From Octopus vulgaris (taxonomy: Eukaryota): 64,000 nucleotides of DNA. The stretch is from contig OX597836.1 of the NCBI GenBank assembly GCA_951406725.2, positions 28,706,001-28,770,000 of the forward strand, in the 5' to 3' direction. Position numbers and translations under genes: made by a program. Of the stretch, positions 12,766 through 25,642 are shown piece after piece. How positions within the stretch are numbered: the first letter of the stretch is position 1; every line of letters starts with the position of its first letter. Below the pieces are notes generated by a model that was not told where the DNA came from, did not search any database, and saw nothing but the letters and a program-made list of their open reading frames with translations.

Positions 12766-13499
12766 TATTATGAGGAGAAGAACAATCTAATGTTTAATTC
12801 TCTGTTAAAGAACACCTGCCTAAAATATTAAACTTTCTATGCTTCATGTTGGTCAATACAGATTCTAAGTAAAATATTTAAATTTAAAAACTTATCCTAT
12901 TGAAATAAGAACTGGAATGATTGAAGATGGGTTAAGAGTAAGGTTATGCTAAGAGAAGTTCAGTTGACCTGTTTGTCTGTATTGCTAGATTGAAATCATT
13001 AAATTGTCTGTGTATGTCCATGTATGTATATATGAGTACATGAGTGTGTGTGTGTGTGCATGTGAGTATGTGTGTGTGTGTGTATAGAGGTAGTAAGGTA
13101 GATAAATGTAGTTAGGCTTGAGACACATATATACTTGGAGCACAAAATACAGACTATAGAATAAAGAAAAGAAGAAAAAATGATGTAATATTGTATCTTG
13201 ACAGCTGTTTGAAGATGGCCACAAAATGCATAATGCCTATATTCATATGCAATGTGAGCCTGATGTCATTGCTGTGTGCCCAGTGACAAGTTAGGCTTCT
13301 CTTTTCAAGAGAAGAGTAGCATTTTGGTTTCTTGAAAACTGGAAGTTGCTTTATTAATATTGTTTGTGAAAGCTAAAAATCAGTCTCATAGAGTGGAGGA
13401 CAGAAGAGCAAGTGAGGGAAATCTAAGTGAAAACAGAAAGTAGAATGGTATTTTACACTGATCCAAAAAGTTGTGTGAACTTTTGGTGGCATGTGTGCA

Positions 13500-13563
<64 letters not shown>

Positions 13564-14449
13564 TTCCTTATGTGTATGCAATTGTGGGATTGCATTCAAC
13601 ACAGGAATCTCAAATACAGAATCCCTGAAATGTTTTACAAATTTTCACTAATCGATTGTATTTGAAGAATGGGAATCAGTCTGTCCTGTTTTTTGCTTTT
13701 GGAAAATCTCACAATTTCTATGTTTGTATGCAAATCTGTTTGTTTCATAGTCTGGTTAGCAATGATAATCGGAACAAATGAAAAAATATAAGGCTGGATA
13801 TAAGAGCTGTACAGTTTTCATTTGTTTTCCATAGATGTTCTTCCCCTTAATTTTTGAAAAGACCTTTGCATGACGTTTGCACCCTGCCCTATGCAACCAT
13901 ATCAGACCTGTTGTTTTATACATAGAGTCACTGCTGTTTATTGAAATATTCCACCAGAATACTCTATTAAAAGGGTGGATATATTCTGCTTTTGGTGTGC
14001 TTTTGGTATGGCTATCAGAACAGTCCTTTCTGTGTATTGGCATTGCATATGGCTTTAAAAACAATGTCATGTGTCATGAGAAGGTAGTACCCCATAAACA
14101 TTTTTAGACAGCTTTTAACTTTATGAGTGATATCTTCCACACTGCTATGGCACATTCGACATTCTCTATCACAACATGGAAGTTAAAAGGAATCTTTTAC
14201 TTCTCTTATTGATCAGGTATTTACTATCTATCTCTACTTGAATAATCCTTTCTACTATAGGCACAAAGCCTGAAACGTTGAGAGAGGGGGATAGTGAATC
14301 ACACTGACCATAGTACTCAGCTGGTACTTATTTTATTGATCCCAAGGGGGTGAAAAACAAAGTCAACCTTAAGAGAATTTGAACTCAGAACATAATAAAT
14401 GCTGCAAAGTGTTTTGTCTGACATGCTAAGAATTATGCCACTTCACAAC

Positions 14450-15825
14450 TTTTCTGTTCCTGAATATGCTAACCAGACTATGCAATGTTTCGAGTGACAT
14501 AGACTCTTCAAGAGCAGAAGACCATCCCTGGAAGACGATGAGAAATCTGAAAGACCTGCTATGTGCATCACCCCCTGAAATGTGGTATTGTGCATTGAGA
14601 ATTTATCACCCAGGTCCAGACCATCAATCAAGAGTTAAGTGCCACACCCAAGCGGTTGAGGGAACCTGTGGAAGAGGTAGACCCAGGAAGACCTGGGATG
14701 AAGTGGTGAAGCACGACCTTCGAACATTAGGCCTCACTGAGGCAATGACTAGTGACCGAGATTTTTGGAAATATGCTGTGCTTGAGAAAACCGGGCAAGC
14801 CAAATAAAACCATAACCTCGTGGCTTATGCCAGGGATGTAACCAGCCCACCTTTCCTTCATTGGACACTAAACTCTGCTTGCAAAGACCTGTTGAGGCAA
14901 GTGAAATCGAAATCAAATTCAATGATTGGCATCTGTACTAGTGGAGCGCTAAGAGAACCATCTGAGCATGATCGTTGCCAGAGCAGCTAACTTGCTTCCA
15001 TACTGGTGGCATGTAAAAAGCACCATTCAAGCGTGATTGTTGCCAGCATCGCCTTACTGGCACTTGTGCCGGTGGCACGTAAAAAAACATTCAAGCGAGG
15101 TTGTTGCCAGTGCCACTGGACTGGCTCTTGTGCAGATGGCATGTAAAAAACACCATTTGAGCATGGCCGTTGCCAGTACCACCTGACTGGCCCTCATGCC
15201 GGTGGCATGTAAAAGCACTCACTACACTCTCAGAGTGGTTGGCATTAGGAAGGGCATCCAGCTGTAGAAACTCTGCCAGATCAAGATAGGAGCCTGGTGT
15301 AGCCATCTGGTTCGCCATTCCTCAGTCAAATCGTCCAACCCATGCTAGCATGGAAAGCAGATGTTAAATGATGATGATGATGATTTTGAAGTATTTGAGG
15401 GAGAACATTTGGTAAAAGCAACTGGATCTGTGGGGTATGAAGAATTGGATTCTTCATAATGACAATGCACTCTGTCACCAAGCTCTCCTCACTCATGAGT
15501 TTCTCTTCATAAATAACATGGCATTGCTTCTACACCTGCCCTATTCACCAGATTTAGCACCTGCGGATTTCCATCTCTTCCCCCCAAGAGGAAAATGCTG
15601 TCCAAAAGTCACCATTTTAACGCCATAGTTGAGATTCAAAGCGAATCGCAGAAGGTCCTCAACTTGGTTACTGAAAACGACTTCCAGGCTAGATTCCAAA
15701 AGTGACAAGAACATTGAGACTGATGTATTGTTGTGACTTTTTTGAAGGATCTGATGTTAAAATTTGATAAAGAAGTTTTTATTACACATAACTCGTCCTG
15801 AAACTTTTTGATATCACCCCACATA
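14450..15825 (+). mobile_element. Decayed mariner transposon interrupted by an RTE 3' fragment
   Basis: CFE*HRLFKS..SLEDDEKSERP and GIVH*EF before the insertion; WILHNDNA...PYSPDLAPADFHLFP after it; TIR-like end aactttttgatatcacccca. Confidence 0.8.
14630..15383 (+). mobile_element. RTE-clade LINE 3' end with (GAT)n tail
   Basis: VEGTCGRGRPRKTWDEVVKHDLRTLGLTEAMTSDRDFWK, then a 3' UTR with internal tandem repeats. Same family at about 30580-30730, 31850-32100, 41750-42090, 52160-52505 (RT piece), 53203-54205 and 58410-59165. Confidence 0.85.
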
Positions 15826-15949
15826 CATTTGATAATATTGAACAACTGATACAATTAAGCTAACTGGATTTCAACAAAATTAAAAACTCACCAGTCAAAC
15901 ACACACATACACACACACAAGCATATATTAGTATGAGAATAATTCAAAC

Positions 15950-16056
15950 CTTTTCTTCAAATTCTTTGGCCTTTTGCTGTGCTTCAGGTGAAGACATATC
16001 TGCTAGGGCTGGCACATATGTATCATTTAATTTTACAGAAGATTCCACTATCACTT
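15950..16056 (-). CDS. SEA-domain exon 1
   Basis: tttttgttctgtttttcag acceptor, AAG|gtttga donor; 107 nt, phase 1 to 0. VIVESSVKLNDTYVPALADMSSPEAQQKAKEFEEK fits the SEA N-terminal pattern (beta strand, N..Y...L.D..S.E, helix). Confidence 0.88.
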
Positions 16057-16099
16057 CTGAAAAACAGAACAAAAATACATGCATTATATCATATGCCTT

Positions 16100-17806
16100 T
16101 GGCAACATCTTTTAATCATCAAGTGACGAAGTGCATCCCTTGACCAAGTTTGCATACATGAGACGGATAACATCATAAGACTTGGAAGGTAGTACCTTGA
16201 GAAACATTCCTTGTCTGATAACCTTAAATACATGCCCAAAGAAGTAGCACAACTCTACCACAATGTATCATCAGATGAAAGGATGAGCCTATATGAGCAG
16301 AAGACTATGCATGAATATGTTACTAGAAAGCTCCATGATGATAGTAACATTCATCATCAAAGCAGTCTATCATGTCTTTGTCTTCTTGCATATGTCACGC
16401 CGACTCCAGGCAGTGCAAGCATCAGAGAATGCATTCAAAATGTGTTGCATATCAATCTCTGTGTGCGCTACTAGATCACAATCATCTGCATACAAAAGGT
16501 CTCTTATGATAGAGGTAAATACCTTTGTTTTTGCAGCAATATTACTTCTATCATAAGAGACCTTTTGTATGTAGATGATTGTGATCTAGTAGCGCACACA
16601 GAGATTGATATGTAACACATTTTGAATGCATTCTCTGATGCTTGCACTGCCTTAGGATTGACAGTCCGTCTCAAGAAAACTGTTGTCATGTACCAACCTG
16701 CCCCTGGTAAGCAGTATAGTGAACCAAATATCTACATGTATGGTAAACAACTTGGTGTAGTTGATCAGTTTGTCTACCTGGAAAGCACTGTTAATAGATA
16801 TAGCAATTTGGATAATAAAATTCCATACAGAATTAGGAAAGCAAGTGATGTTTTTGGAAGGCTAAGAAAGGTACCTCTGGAGTCAACGAGACATATGCAG
16901 GAAGACAAAGATAAAGGAGTACAAGGCGTATGTGCTCTCTTCTCTTATTTATGCCTGCGAGATGTGGGTCACATATCAATACTACCATAAACAACTGGAA
17001 CGTTCCCATCAAATGTGTCTCAGATGGATCTATGGCATTAAGTGGGAGGACCACATCAGTGATCTTGAAATACTCGAAGGCTCTCGGTGTGGAAGTATAG
17101 AAGCTCTTGTGTTAAAGCAAAGGCTCAGATGGAGTGGTCATCTGGTCAGGATGAAGGATTCAAGGATGCTAAAACAACTCTTTTATGGAGAGTTAGCTAA
17201 AGGAGAACGATCTCCACATAAACCAAAAAAGAGGTATAAGGACTTGCTGAAGGCTTCCTTAAGAGATGCTAGCATCTCTCCTGACATATGAAAGGGCATA
17301 GCTATTGACTGTAGCAGGTGGAGAAGGATTGTGCATGAGGGGACAGCTACTTTTGAGAAATCTCAAGTTGTGCATGAAAAAGTAAAGAGGGATGTCAGAG
17401 AGGGCATAGCTGTTGCACTTCCAGATGATAAGGATCTTCCTATGATGCTGACATGCAGTGTCTGTGCAAGACCCTGCTCAGTAAAGCTGGACTCAAGAGT
17501 CATCTTTGTAGTGAAACACATAATTGACAACCAGACTGCTGGTTGTGGTGCTACACACCATGCTAAACATATCTGTCAAGTATGTAGAAGGGAGTGTAAT
17601 TTTGCGGGAGGAATTAAACGACATGCAAAGGTACATGAAGCCCAGTTACAACTACAGCTGGCTATTGCCAGTAAAGGTTTAAGCTACCAATTCTATACAA
17701 GACATTGTTGATCTTTAGCTGGGCTAAAAAGTCACATTCGATCATGGCACTGATAACAGTTAAGCCCAGTGCAATGGTCATACTCAATAATGAGTGGGCA
17801 GCCATC
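16100..17806 (+). mobile_element. RTE/BovB-like LINE, 5'-truncated, with an inverted 5' segment
   Basis: RT end (DLLYVDDC, GLTVRLKKT, DQFVYL), QRLRWSGHLVRMKDSRMLKQLFYGEL, C-terminal C2H2 fingers and an (ATGT)n tail. 16408-16518 is an inverted copy of 16542-16652. Confidence 0.88.
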
Positions 17807-17813
17807 ATGTATG

Positions 17814-17847
<34 letters not shown>

Positions 17848-17884
17848 TGTATGTATGTATGTATGTATGTATGTATGTATGTGT

Positions 17885-18850
17885 CTTCTATTTTTTTTAA
17901 TTATTATAAATCTTTCACTGAGGAGGGTGAAGGTTTCCAACAAAGATACAAGGCTCCATCTTTGGGATGTAGTTAACACAGACAAATTCACATTTGGAAC
18001 TTGAGAAAAGAGTTGCATATTTTTACTGTTCCACTTACAGATTGCACTCGTAATGCACGAATCAGCCGGTTAGTTTCTCTTTCTGAAAATCCCAGTTTAT
18101 CCAGATTCTCCTTTAAGCATTTACTAACAAAACCTAGTGCTCCAATTATTATTGGAATGAATATGAATTCATAGTCTGGATACAGAAGCTGAAGGTTTCG
18201 AAATAGTTGTCCATAGATATCCTCTTTTTCTTTAATTTTCAAAGAGATATTTATATCTGTAGGGCAGCTGACCTCTATGATGGTACATACTTTTTGCCCC
18301 TCTGCCCCGAACAACAATATCTGGTCTGTTATGTTTACATTTGACAGAAATTTTGATGGGAATATTCCACCAGTATTCCTTGATTTGGTGTTTATGAATG
18401 TATTCCGTAATAGAGGCATTTTCTAAGTTTATTTTAGGATAGTCTTTTTCGTGGATGGCATTATAAATTGTTTTGGTAACAACATTGTACCGCAAATGGA
18501 GGTAGTACTGTGACAACATTTTAGGACAGCTGCTAATCACATGCGTGATGTCTTCTACAGAAACATGTAGCCTACACATGCAGTTGAACCTTATGATTAC
18601 AAGAGCATCACTCTCTGTTGTTCACCAAGTACTTTGTAGTAATCTCCTGTTCCTGGATTGCAAATGCATAGCCTTCAAAGTGTGATGTGATGTAGTGGTC
18701 TTGTGTCCAAGAGAGACTGTGCTTCATGTCAATTCTACTGTCTTTTACAAGCTTCTGGGTAACATACCCAGGCATAGTCTTTTTTTTTGTATGCTGAGTG
18801 CTTTCCATCCAGGTCTTCTCTGAGGTAAGAGAGCCCAGCTGTTTTGGGCT
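17885..18850 (-). mobile_element. R4/Dong-clade non-LTR retrotransposon 3' part (zinc knuckle + restriction-like endonuclease)
   Basis: AIQEQEI, CRL..EDITHVISSC, LRYN (RHN-like), HNRPDIVV, IIEVSCP...EKEDIY and IPIIIGALG; frameshifted; flanked by (TACA)n on both sides. Confidence 0.85.
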
Positions 18851-18851
18851 G

Positions 18852-18883
<32 letters not shown>

Positions 18884-18934
18884 TGTATGTATGTACATAT
18901 GTACATATATATATGTATATATTTTTTTTTTTAT

Positions 18935-19756
18935 TGTTTCATTTTTCTATTTGTTTCAGTCATTTTGACTACGACCATGCTGGAGCACCACCTTAAAGGG
19001 TTTTATTGGAAGAAGTCAATCCCAGGACTTATTCTTTGTAAGCCTAGTAGCTAGTCTATTGGTCTTTTTTGCCAAACTGCTAAGTTAGAGGGCTGTAAAC
19101 ACACCATCATCACTTGTCAAGTGATAGTGGGTGGGTGGGGGGAGAAACACAGACACAAAGACACACATATACATATATATACATATATATATATATACTT
19201 AATAATTAGGCTTCAGCAAAGATTTGCTTTACCACATACCGAAGTTTAGAAATAGCAGCCAAAAAACCTTAGCTATTTCTTCTACTTTAAAAAGGGACCC
19301 CCAGAGATGGATGACCAGATATTGATTGATTTTCGTTGCTTTCCTCTCTGCCTGTGTGAATTGTATTCAAGTATTTTGGTTTCTCTGGGAGTCCCTTTTT
19401 AAAGTAGAAGAAATAGCTAAGGTTTTTTGGCTGCTATTTCTAAACTTTGGTATGTGGTAAAGCAAATCTTTGCTGAAGCCTAATTATTAAGTATATATAT
19501 ATATATGTATATATATGTATATGTGTGTCTTTGTGTCTGTGTTTCTCCCCCCCACCCACCCACTATCACTTGACAAGTGATGATGGTGTGTTTACAGCCC
19601 TCTAACTTAGCAGTTTGGCAAAAAAGACCAATAGACTAGCTACTAGGCTTACAAAGAATAAGTCCTGAGATTGACTTCTTCCAATAAAACCCTTTAAGGT
19701 GGTGCTCCAGCATGGTCGTAGTCAAAATGACTGAAACAAATAGAAAAATGAAACAA
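18935..19756. repeat. Long near-perfect inverted repeat (~370-bp arms, ~75-bp spacer)
   Basis: 18935-19307 is the reverse complement of 19382-19756; each arm contains a SINE 3' half, (TA)n and about 110 bp of other sequence. Confidence 0.92.
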
Positions 19757-19856
19757 AAAAAAAAGACACTGCCATGCAATTACTTCAATTCTTAAGTTAC
19801 TATTTATATACTAAAATAACAATTTGAAGTTTGAATCTCTTCAATTCAATACTTAC

Positions 19857-19871
19857 GAGGTTCTGGAGCCA
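19857..19871 (-). CDS. 15-nt micro-exon (stalk, LAPEP)
   Basis: cctttttcttatatttttcag|TGGCTCCAGAACCTC|gtaagt; phase 1-1, paralog of 21123-21137. Confidence 0.8.
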
Positions 19872-20358
19872 CTGAAAAATATAAGAAAAAGGAAAACTTA
19901 ATGAAGGTTTAGAATGGCATAACAATTAATTTGGTATTTTAATTGAATAACTGATTCTTTACAGAAACACAAACCTTACATTTTCTTATGCAAATGATTT
20001 TGTTGAAGTAATATATATATATAACAATACAACAAATTAGACATACTGTGGTAAAAATGTGTGTATGTGTGTGTGGGTGTGGGTGTACATACACACACAC
20101 ATACACACACACACACATAAAATGATATGATAAAATACATACATGCATACATATATAAAATTAATATAAACAGTAGGTTGCAATATTTCACCAAAAAGGA
20201 TAATTATAATTGTCACTAAATTTGACTAAGGTGTTAAGAAACAACCACATTGCTAGAAATATCAGCTAAAATGCTCTAATGCTGTAGTTAATGCACATGA
20301 ATCAAAACATATACACTAACAGGGACCTGAAGTGTCCGAAAAATGCTGATCAAGAATT

Positions 20359-20407
20359 CTCAATACTGATGTCAGTTTCGGCAATTTCTGTTGCCTCATC
20401 AATTAAG
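20359..20407 (-). ncRNA. Minimal type I hammerhead ribozyme motif
   Basis: cttaa-TTGATGA-ggcaa(cagaaa)ttgcc-GAA-ACTGA(ca)TCAGT-A-ttgag. All three stems pair; C3U core variant; GUA cleavage triplet. Confidence 0.65.
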
Positions 20408-20447
20408 CTTGCTTGATCTCATCTTCTTCAGCTTGCTTCTCTATTAG

Positions 20448-20454
<7 letters not shown>

Positions 20455-20514
<60 letters not shown>

Positions 20515-20850
20515 TGTGTACAGTGCTCAGGTGCACTACAACTCATCTAAAGTGTATATATAATCAGGTGTAGTTTCGGCGGATTTCGGAAAGCATGAGG
20601 GCCTTAAAGGATGCAGTGTCATGGCAGTCAACAACTGATGCAGGCAGTTTATTCCATGCTTCAGCAACTCTGAGCGTGAAAAAATGTTTCCGAAAGTCAT
20701 GGGGGCTGTGTTGTTTTCTGACTTTGTAGGCATGTCCACGTGTGTTAGACACATGGAGATCAAAAAGGTGTTCAGTGTTGTTGTTGGTGAGGTGGTTGAT
20801 AACTTTGTGGGTGTTTACCAAGTCCGTCGCCAGACGCCGGTATGTTTCCG
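20455..20850 (-). mobile_element. CR1-clade LINE 3' fragment with (ATT)n tail
   Basis: RRLATDLVNTHKVI...NTRGHAYKV...RKHFFTLRVAEAWNKLPASVV. Confidence 0.8.
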
Positions 20851-21122
20851 CCACCCAAATTAATGGATGATTAGCGATTCACTAATGTTTATACATAGAA
20901 TTAATATAAACAGCAAGTTGCAATATTTCACCAAAAAGGGGAATTATAATTCTCACTAAATGTGACTAAGGTGTTAAGAAACACCTATAGTGCCAATTCA
21001 ATGACTGAAACAAAGAGAAAAGGTGAAAAAGACATTGCCATGCAATTACTTCAATTCTTAAGTTACCATTTATATACTAAAATAACAATTTGAAGTTTGA
21101 ATCTCTTCAATTCAATACTTAC

Positions 21123-21137
21123 GAGTAACTGGGGCCT
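21123..21137 (-). CDS. 15-nt micro-exon (stalk, EAPVT)
   Basis: cctttttcttatatttttcag|AGGCCCCAGTTACTC|gtaagt; strong splice sites, phase 1-1, paralog of 19857-19871. Confidence 0.8.
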
Positions 21138-21703
21138 CTGAAAAATATAAGAAAAAGGAAAACTTAATGAAGGTTTAAAATGGCATAAAAATTAATTTAG
21201 TATTTTAATTGATTAATTGATTACTGATTCTTTACATGAACACAAACCTTACATTTTTTATGCAAATGATATTGTTGAAGGAATATCCCTCTCTCTCTCT
21301 TTCGGAGAGGCACTGAGCAGCTATACGCACACATACACACACGGCAGTAACTTCCACCTACCGAATTCAATCACAAAGCTCCGGTCGGCTCGGGGCTATA
21401 GTGGAAGACACCTACCCAAAGTGCCACGCAGTGGGACTGAACCCGAAACAATGTAGCTAGGAAGCAAGCTCCCTAACCACACAGCCATATATATATATAA
21501 CAATACAACAAATTAGACATACTGTGGTAAAAATGTGTGAATGTGTGTGTGTGGGTGTGTGTACATACACACACACATATTCGCATAATCACCAAACCTG
21601 GAGTTTAACTATGGTCTGTCCATAGTAGTTACTTAGCGTTACCTGACACCTTTGGGTCTTATTGACACCATTACCTTTCATAACCTCTCTCTCTCCCTCT
21701 CTC

Positions 21704-21776
<73 letters not shown>

Positions 21777-22109
21777 TATATATATATATGTATGTATGTA
21801 TAAAATGATATGAAATATATACATATATATATACATAGTAGCAGAGATATCCGGCATTGCTCGGGATTAAAATGGCATAGTTTTTTATTGTTTTACTTGC
21901 TTCGGTCATGTGACTGCGGCCATGCTGGAGCACCACCTTTAGTCGAAGAAATTAACAAGATTTATTCTTTGAAAGCATAGTACTTATTTTATTGGTGTTT
22001 TGCAAAAGGCTAAGTTATGGGGACGTAAACACAGCAACATCGGTAGTCAAGTGATTGTGGCAGTACAAACACAGACACAGGCACACACACTCACACACAC
22101 ATGGATATA

Positions 22110-22183
<74 letters not shown>

Positions 22184-22195
22184 TATATTTATATA

Positions 22196-22848
22196 CTAGC
22201 TTAAGGTGACCCGCTCTACGCGCGGGTGAGGGTGTGGTTGTTACTTTCTGTTGCTTCCTTTCTGTTTCTTATCGCCACATTCTCCCTCTTTGTTTCTCTA
22301 TCCTTTCTCATTTTCCAACTCTCTTACTCTTCCTTTCTCTTGGACTTTCCCTCGCTTTCTCTTACTCTTTATCTTTCTCTATCTATCTCTCTGCCATTTA
22401 TTAAAAAAATTAGATTTCTGCGTTTAAATTACAAATCCACTTCCACTTTACCAAGTTGAAAATTTGATTGAAATTGGGCAAAAGGTGTCCGATCTATAGT
22501 ACACTTATTCCAAGAACACATACTTAAATTTTATGAATCTTCCATGAAAAGTGGATGCATTTGCACTTTCAAAGAGGCTTTGTCCCATGTTATAAACTCC
22601 ATTAGTAGGTTTAAATAATATTGTTAGATGGTGAAATTTTGGAAATCATCTTTATTTAGTACCTAGTAGTTATGTTGTTATTTTCATTGAAATCAGAGGT
22701 ATCTGAAACTTCATAGGGGGTGTTTGCCTCCCTTTAACCCCCATAACCGTCTTTCTCATAAAATTTAAAATGAAAACATATATGTATCTTCTATTCCCTT
22801 TCATCCTTTAGGTGTACAGAAACAGACGTAGAGCTTTATTATATAAGA
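22196..22848 (-). mobile_element. Non-autonomous Helitron (different family)
   Basis: On minus: 5'-TCTTATAT, hairpin CCCGCGCGTAGAGCGGG, CTAG-3', at an A|T site. Confidence 0.75.
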
Positions 22849-24666
22849 TTATCAGTCACACATATTTAGTGTATGTGTTTTGTTTATATGCCAAATTTGC
22901 TGCTGGAGAGCATCCAGGAAATGCTCTGTACATGAGGCTGAGTGTTAAAGAACACTAAATGTCACAGATTAGGTGAGACAACTCAACTCAGATGCCAAGA
23001 GTGGTAGATATCTGATATTTCACCATTATTATGGATTATCATGGTATTCTCAAACACTTGGGATCATGTAGCAAGCTGTACCTGGATGCCATCCGGCAGA
23101 AATTTTGGCATATAAACAAAACACATAAACTACATGCAATTAATAATGTTTATATTACTAGAGATGCTTTTAATTCGTATTACATATACATGTATACATG
23201 TGTGTATGTGTGTGTGGGGGTGTATAATAACACATGTAATAATTTAATTAGACTTCAGTATGATGTATTATGGCCTAAGTTATGCAGCTAAAAAGACAGT
23301 TCATGGAGTTCCAAGAGTTATGTCCTTTGGTTACATATCTATATCCATATTAGATCCATATTAAGTAATCACAGAAAAATAATTATTCAAAATTATGTTT
23401 CAGTATCTAATATTTATTAATTTCTGTATTCAAGGCATTCACATTTGCTATTTTCTAATTATTTTAAATTGTTTTAATTGTTAATTTTGGATGGAAGGTA
23501 TCTAATATTCTTCTTCTATTGCTCTGTATATCTATCTTTCTTTCCAAAGTCGTTCTCTATTCCTCTTCTTCTATCTCCGCGACTCCTCCTTTTCATATTG
23601 TATTCATTGTCTTTTTACACGTTTTTATATTTCAGCCCTGTTTGTTTCCTTTATATATTTGTTTTTTCTGTCTCTCCCTTCGTTTTTATCTTAAATCACA
23701 TATACCTGTGTATACATGTACATTTATATGTGTGTATATATATGTAGGTGTGTGTGTGCATGTATATGTATATGCATATGTGCACACATGCAAACATATG
23801 TGTGTGTGTGTGTGTGTGTGTGTGGAGGTGGGTATATATTATTTTATTCATTTATTTGTTTCAGTCATTTGACTGCAGCCATGCTGGAGCACTGCCTTTA
23901 GTTAAACAAATCAACCCCAGGACTTATTCTTTATAAGCCCAGTACTTATTTATTCGGTGTCTTTTGCCAAGCTGCTAAGTTATGGGAACATAAACACACC
24001 AACATCAGTTGTCAAGTGATGGTGGGGTAAGACAAATATGGATACACATACATACACATACACATACATACACACATACACAAACACACATATATATAAA
24101 TACGACAGGCTTTCAGTTTCCATCTACCAAATCCATTCACAAGGCTTTGGTTGATCTGAGGCTATAGTAGAAGATGCAGTGCCATGCAGTGGGACTGAAC
24201 CCAAAACCATGCAGTTGGGAAGAAAAGAAAATAAATAAAAGGTTAAATGAGTTTTTTGAGTCATCATGAATGTCTGCTCCAAAATGTCTAAAATTGTTAA
24301 TTTGTTTCTCATAGCTATTTGTCTGCTTTATTGAACATGAATGAGCTGGGAGCTTCTTTAATCTTAAGGTCTATAACTGTAAATTATAATTCCTCCCCTT
24401 CATGTCCTATATGATTCTTGATTGTCAGTTTCATGAAACACCCACTTAGTTCATTTTATAAATCAGTACTTTTGATTGTAACTTCACTTGTCTGAGGGCC
24501 AATCAATTACTCAACAAGTCATTATTCATTCTGTGTTAGATATTGCCTGATGAGCAAGAGAATTGCATGTGTTATGTAATCCCCAAAATTGTATGAGGCT
24601 TACATGAAAATAAAGATTTATAGTTAAACTAAATTTAAAATCCATTCATTTGTTTGTTTATGTATG

Positions 24667-24760
<94 letters not shown>

Positions 24761-24820
24761 TGTATGTATGTATGTATATATATATATATATGTATGTATG
24801 TATACACACACACACATATA

Positions 24821-25642
24821 TAAAGAGAAACCAACTAGTTTTAGATCATTGAGCGAGAAATATGTGGTAACAGTACTGAACAATAAAGTCTATTTGCCAA
24901 CACTATGTAGCCGTCCTACATAGAAGGATGTCACTACTGTTTAACCCCAGGAAAACATCTTTTCCAGCTGGCTACTGACACATCATTTGTGTCCATATAC
25001 CATGAGCAAGGGAGCTTATTGCTCTTTTTATGGCCTTTGTAGTACCTGTAGACCAATGGTTTCTGAGTTATTTCTCTTTTTCAATACAAGACAATCACTG
25101 GCTAGAGATGGCAGCCACTTGACTTGCTCATAGTACATTATTTTTTAAACGACACACAGTTGCTGATCTTGTAAAGAGAAAAACAACTAGTTTTAAATCT
25201 CTGAGCGAGAAATATGTAGTAACAGCACCGTACAGTAAAGTCTATTTTCCAACACAATGTCGCAGTCCTACACAGGACGATGTTACTACAGTTTAGCCCC
25301 AGAAAAACATCTCTTCTCACTCAGAGATTTAAAACTAGTTGTTTTTCTCTTTATGAGATCAGCGACTGTGTGTCACTTTAGAAGTATATATTATGAGCAA
25401 GTCAAGTAGCTGCCATCTCTAGCCAGTGATTGTCCTGCTCTGAAGAAGAGAAATAACCCAGAAACCATTGGTCTGCAGGTATCACTAAGGCCTAGAAAGG
25501 GAGCAATAAACTCCCTTGCTCATGGCATACAGACACAGACCATGTGTCAGTAGCCAGCTGGAAATGATGTTTTTCTGGGGCTGAACAGTAGTTACATCGT
25601 CCTATGTAGGACTGCCACATTGTGTTGGCAAATAGACTTTAC

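Larger units (their letters stand above)
19725..21570 (-). repeat. Local duplication carrying the two 15-nt micro-exons
   Basis: 19725-20100 matches 21000-21280 plus 21490-21570 (split by a SINE); 20155-20243 matches 20895-20983. Confidence 0.88.

Noticed and set aside
24545-24575. CTGATGA-gcaa/ttgc hammerhead-like start (also GAAACAGCTGTA on minus near 49262 and 60549)
   Set aside because: Only half of the core is present in each case.
24624-24923. Many YIYI/VCVC/HTHT/MYVC ORFs here and throughout the window
   Set aside because: Translations of (TA)n, (GT)n and (TGTA)n microsatellites.
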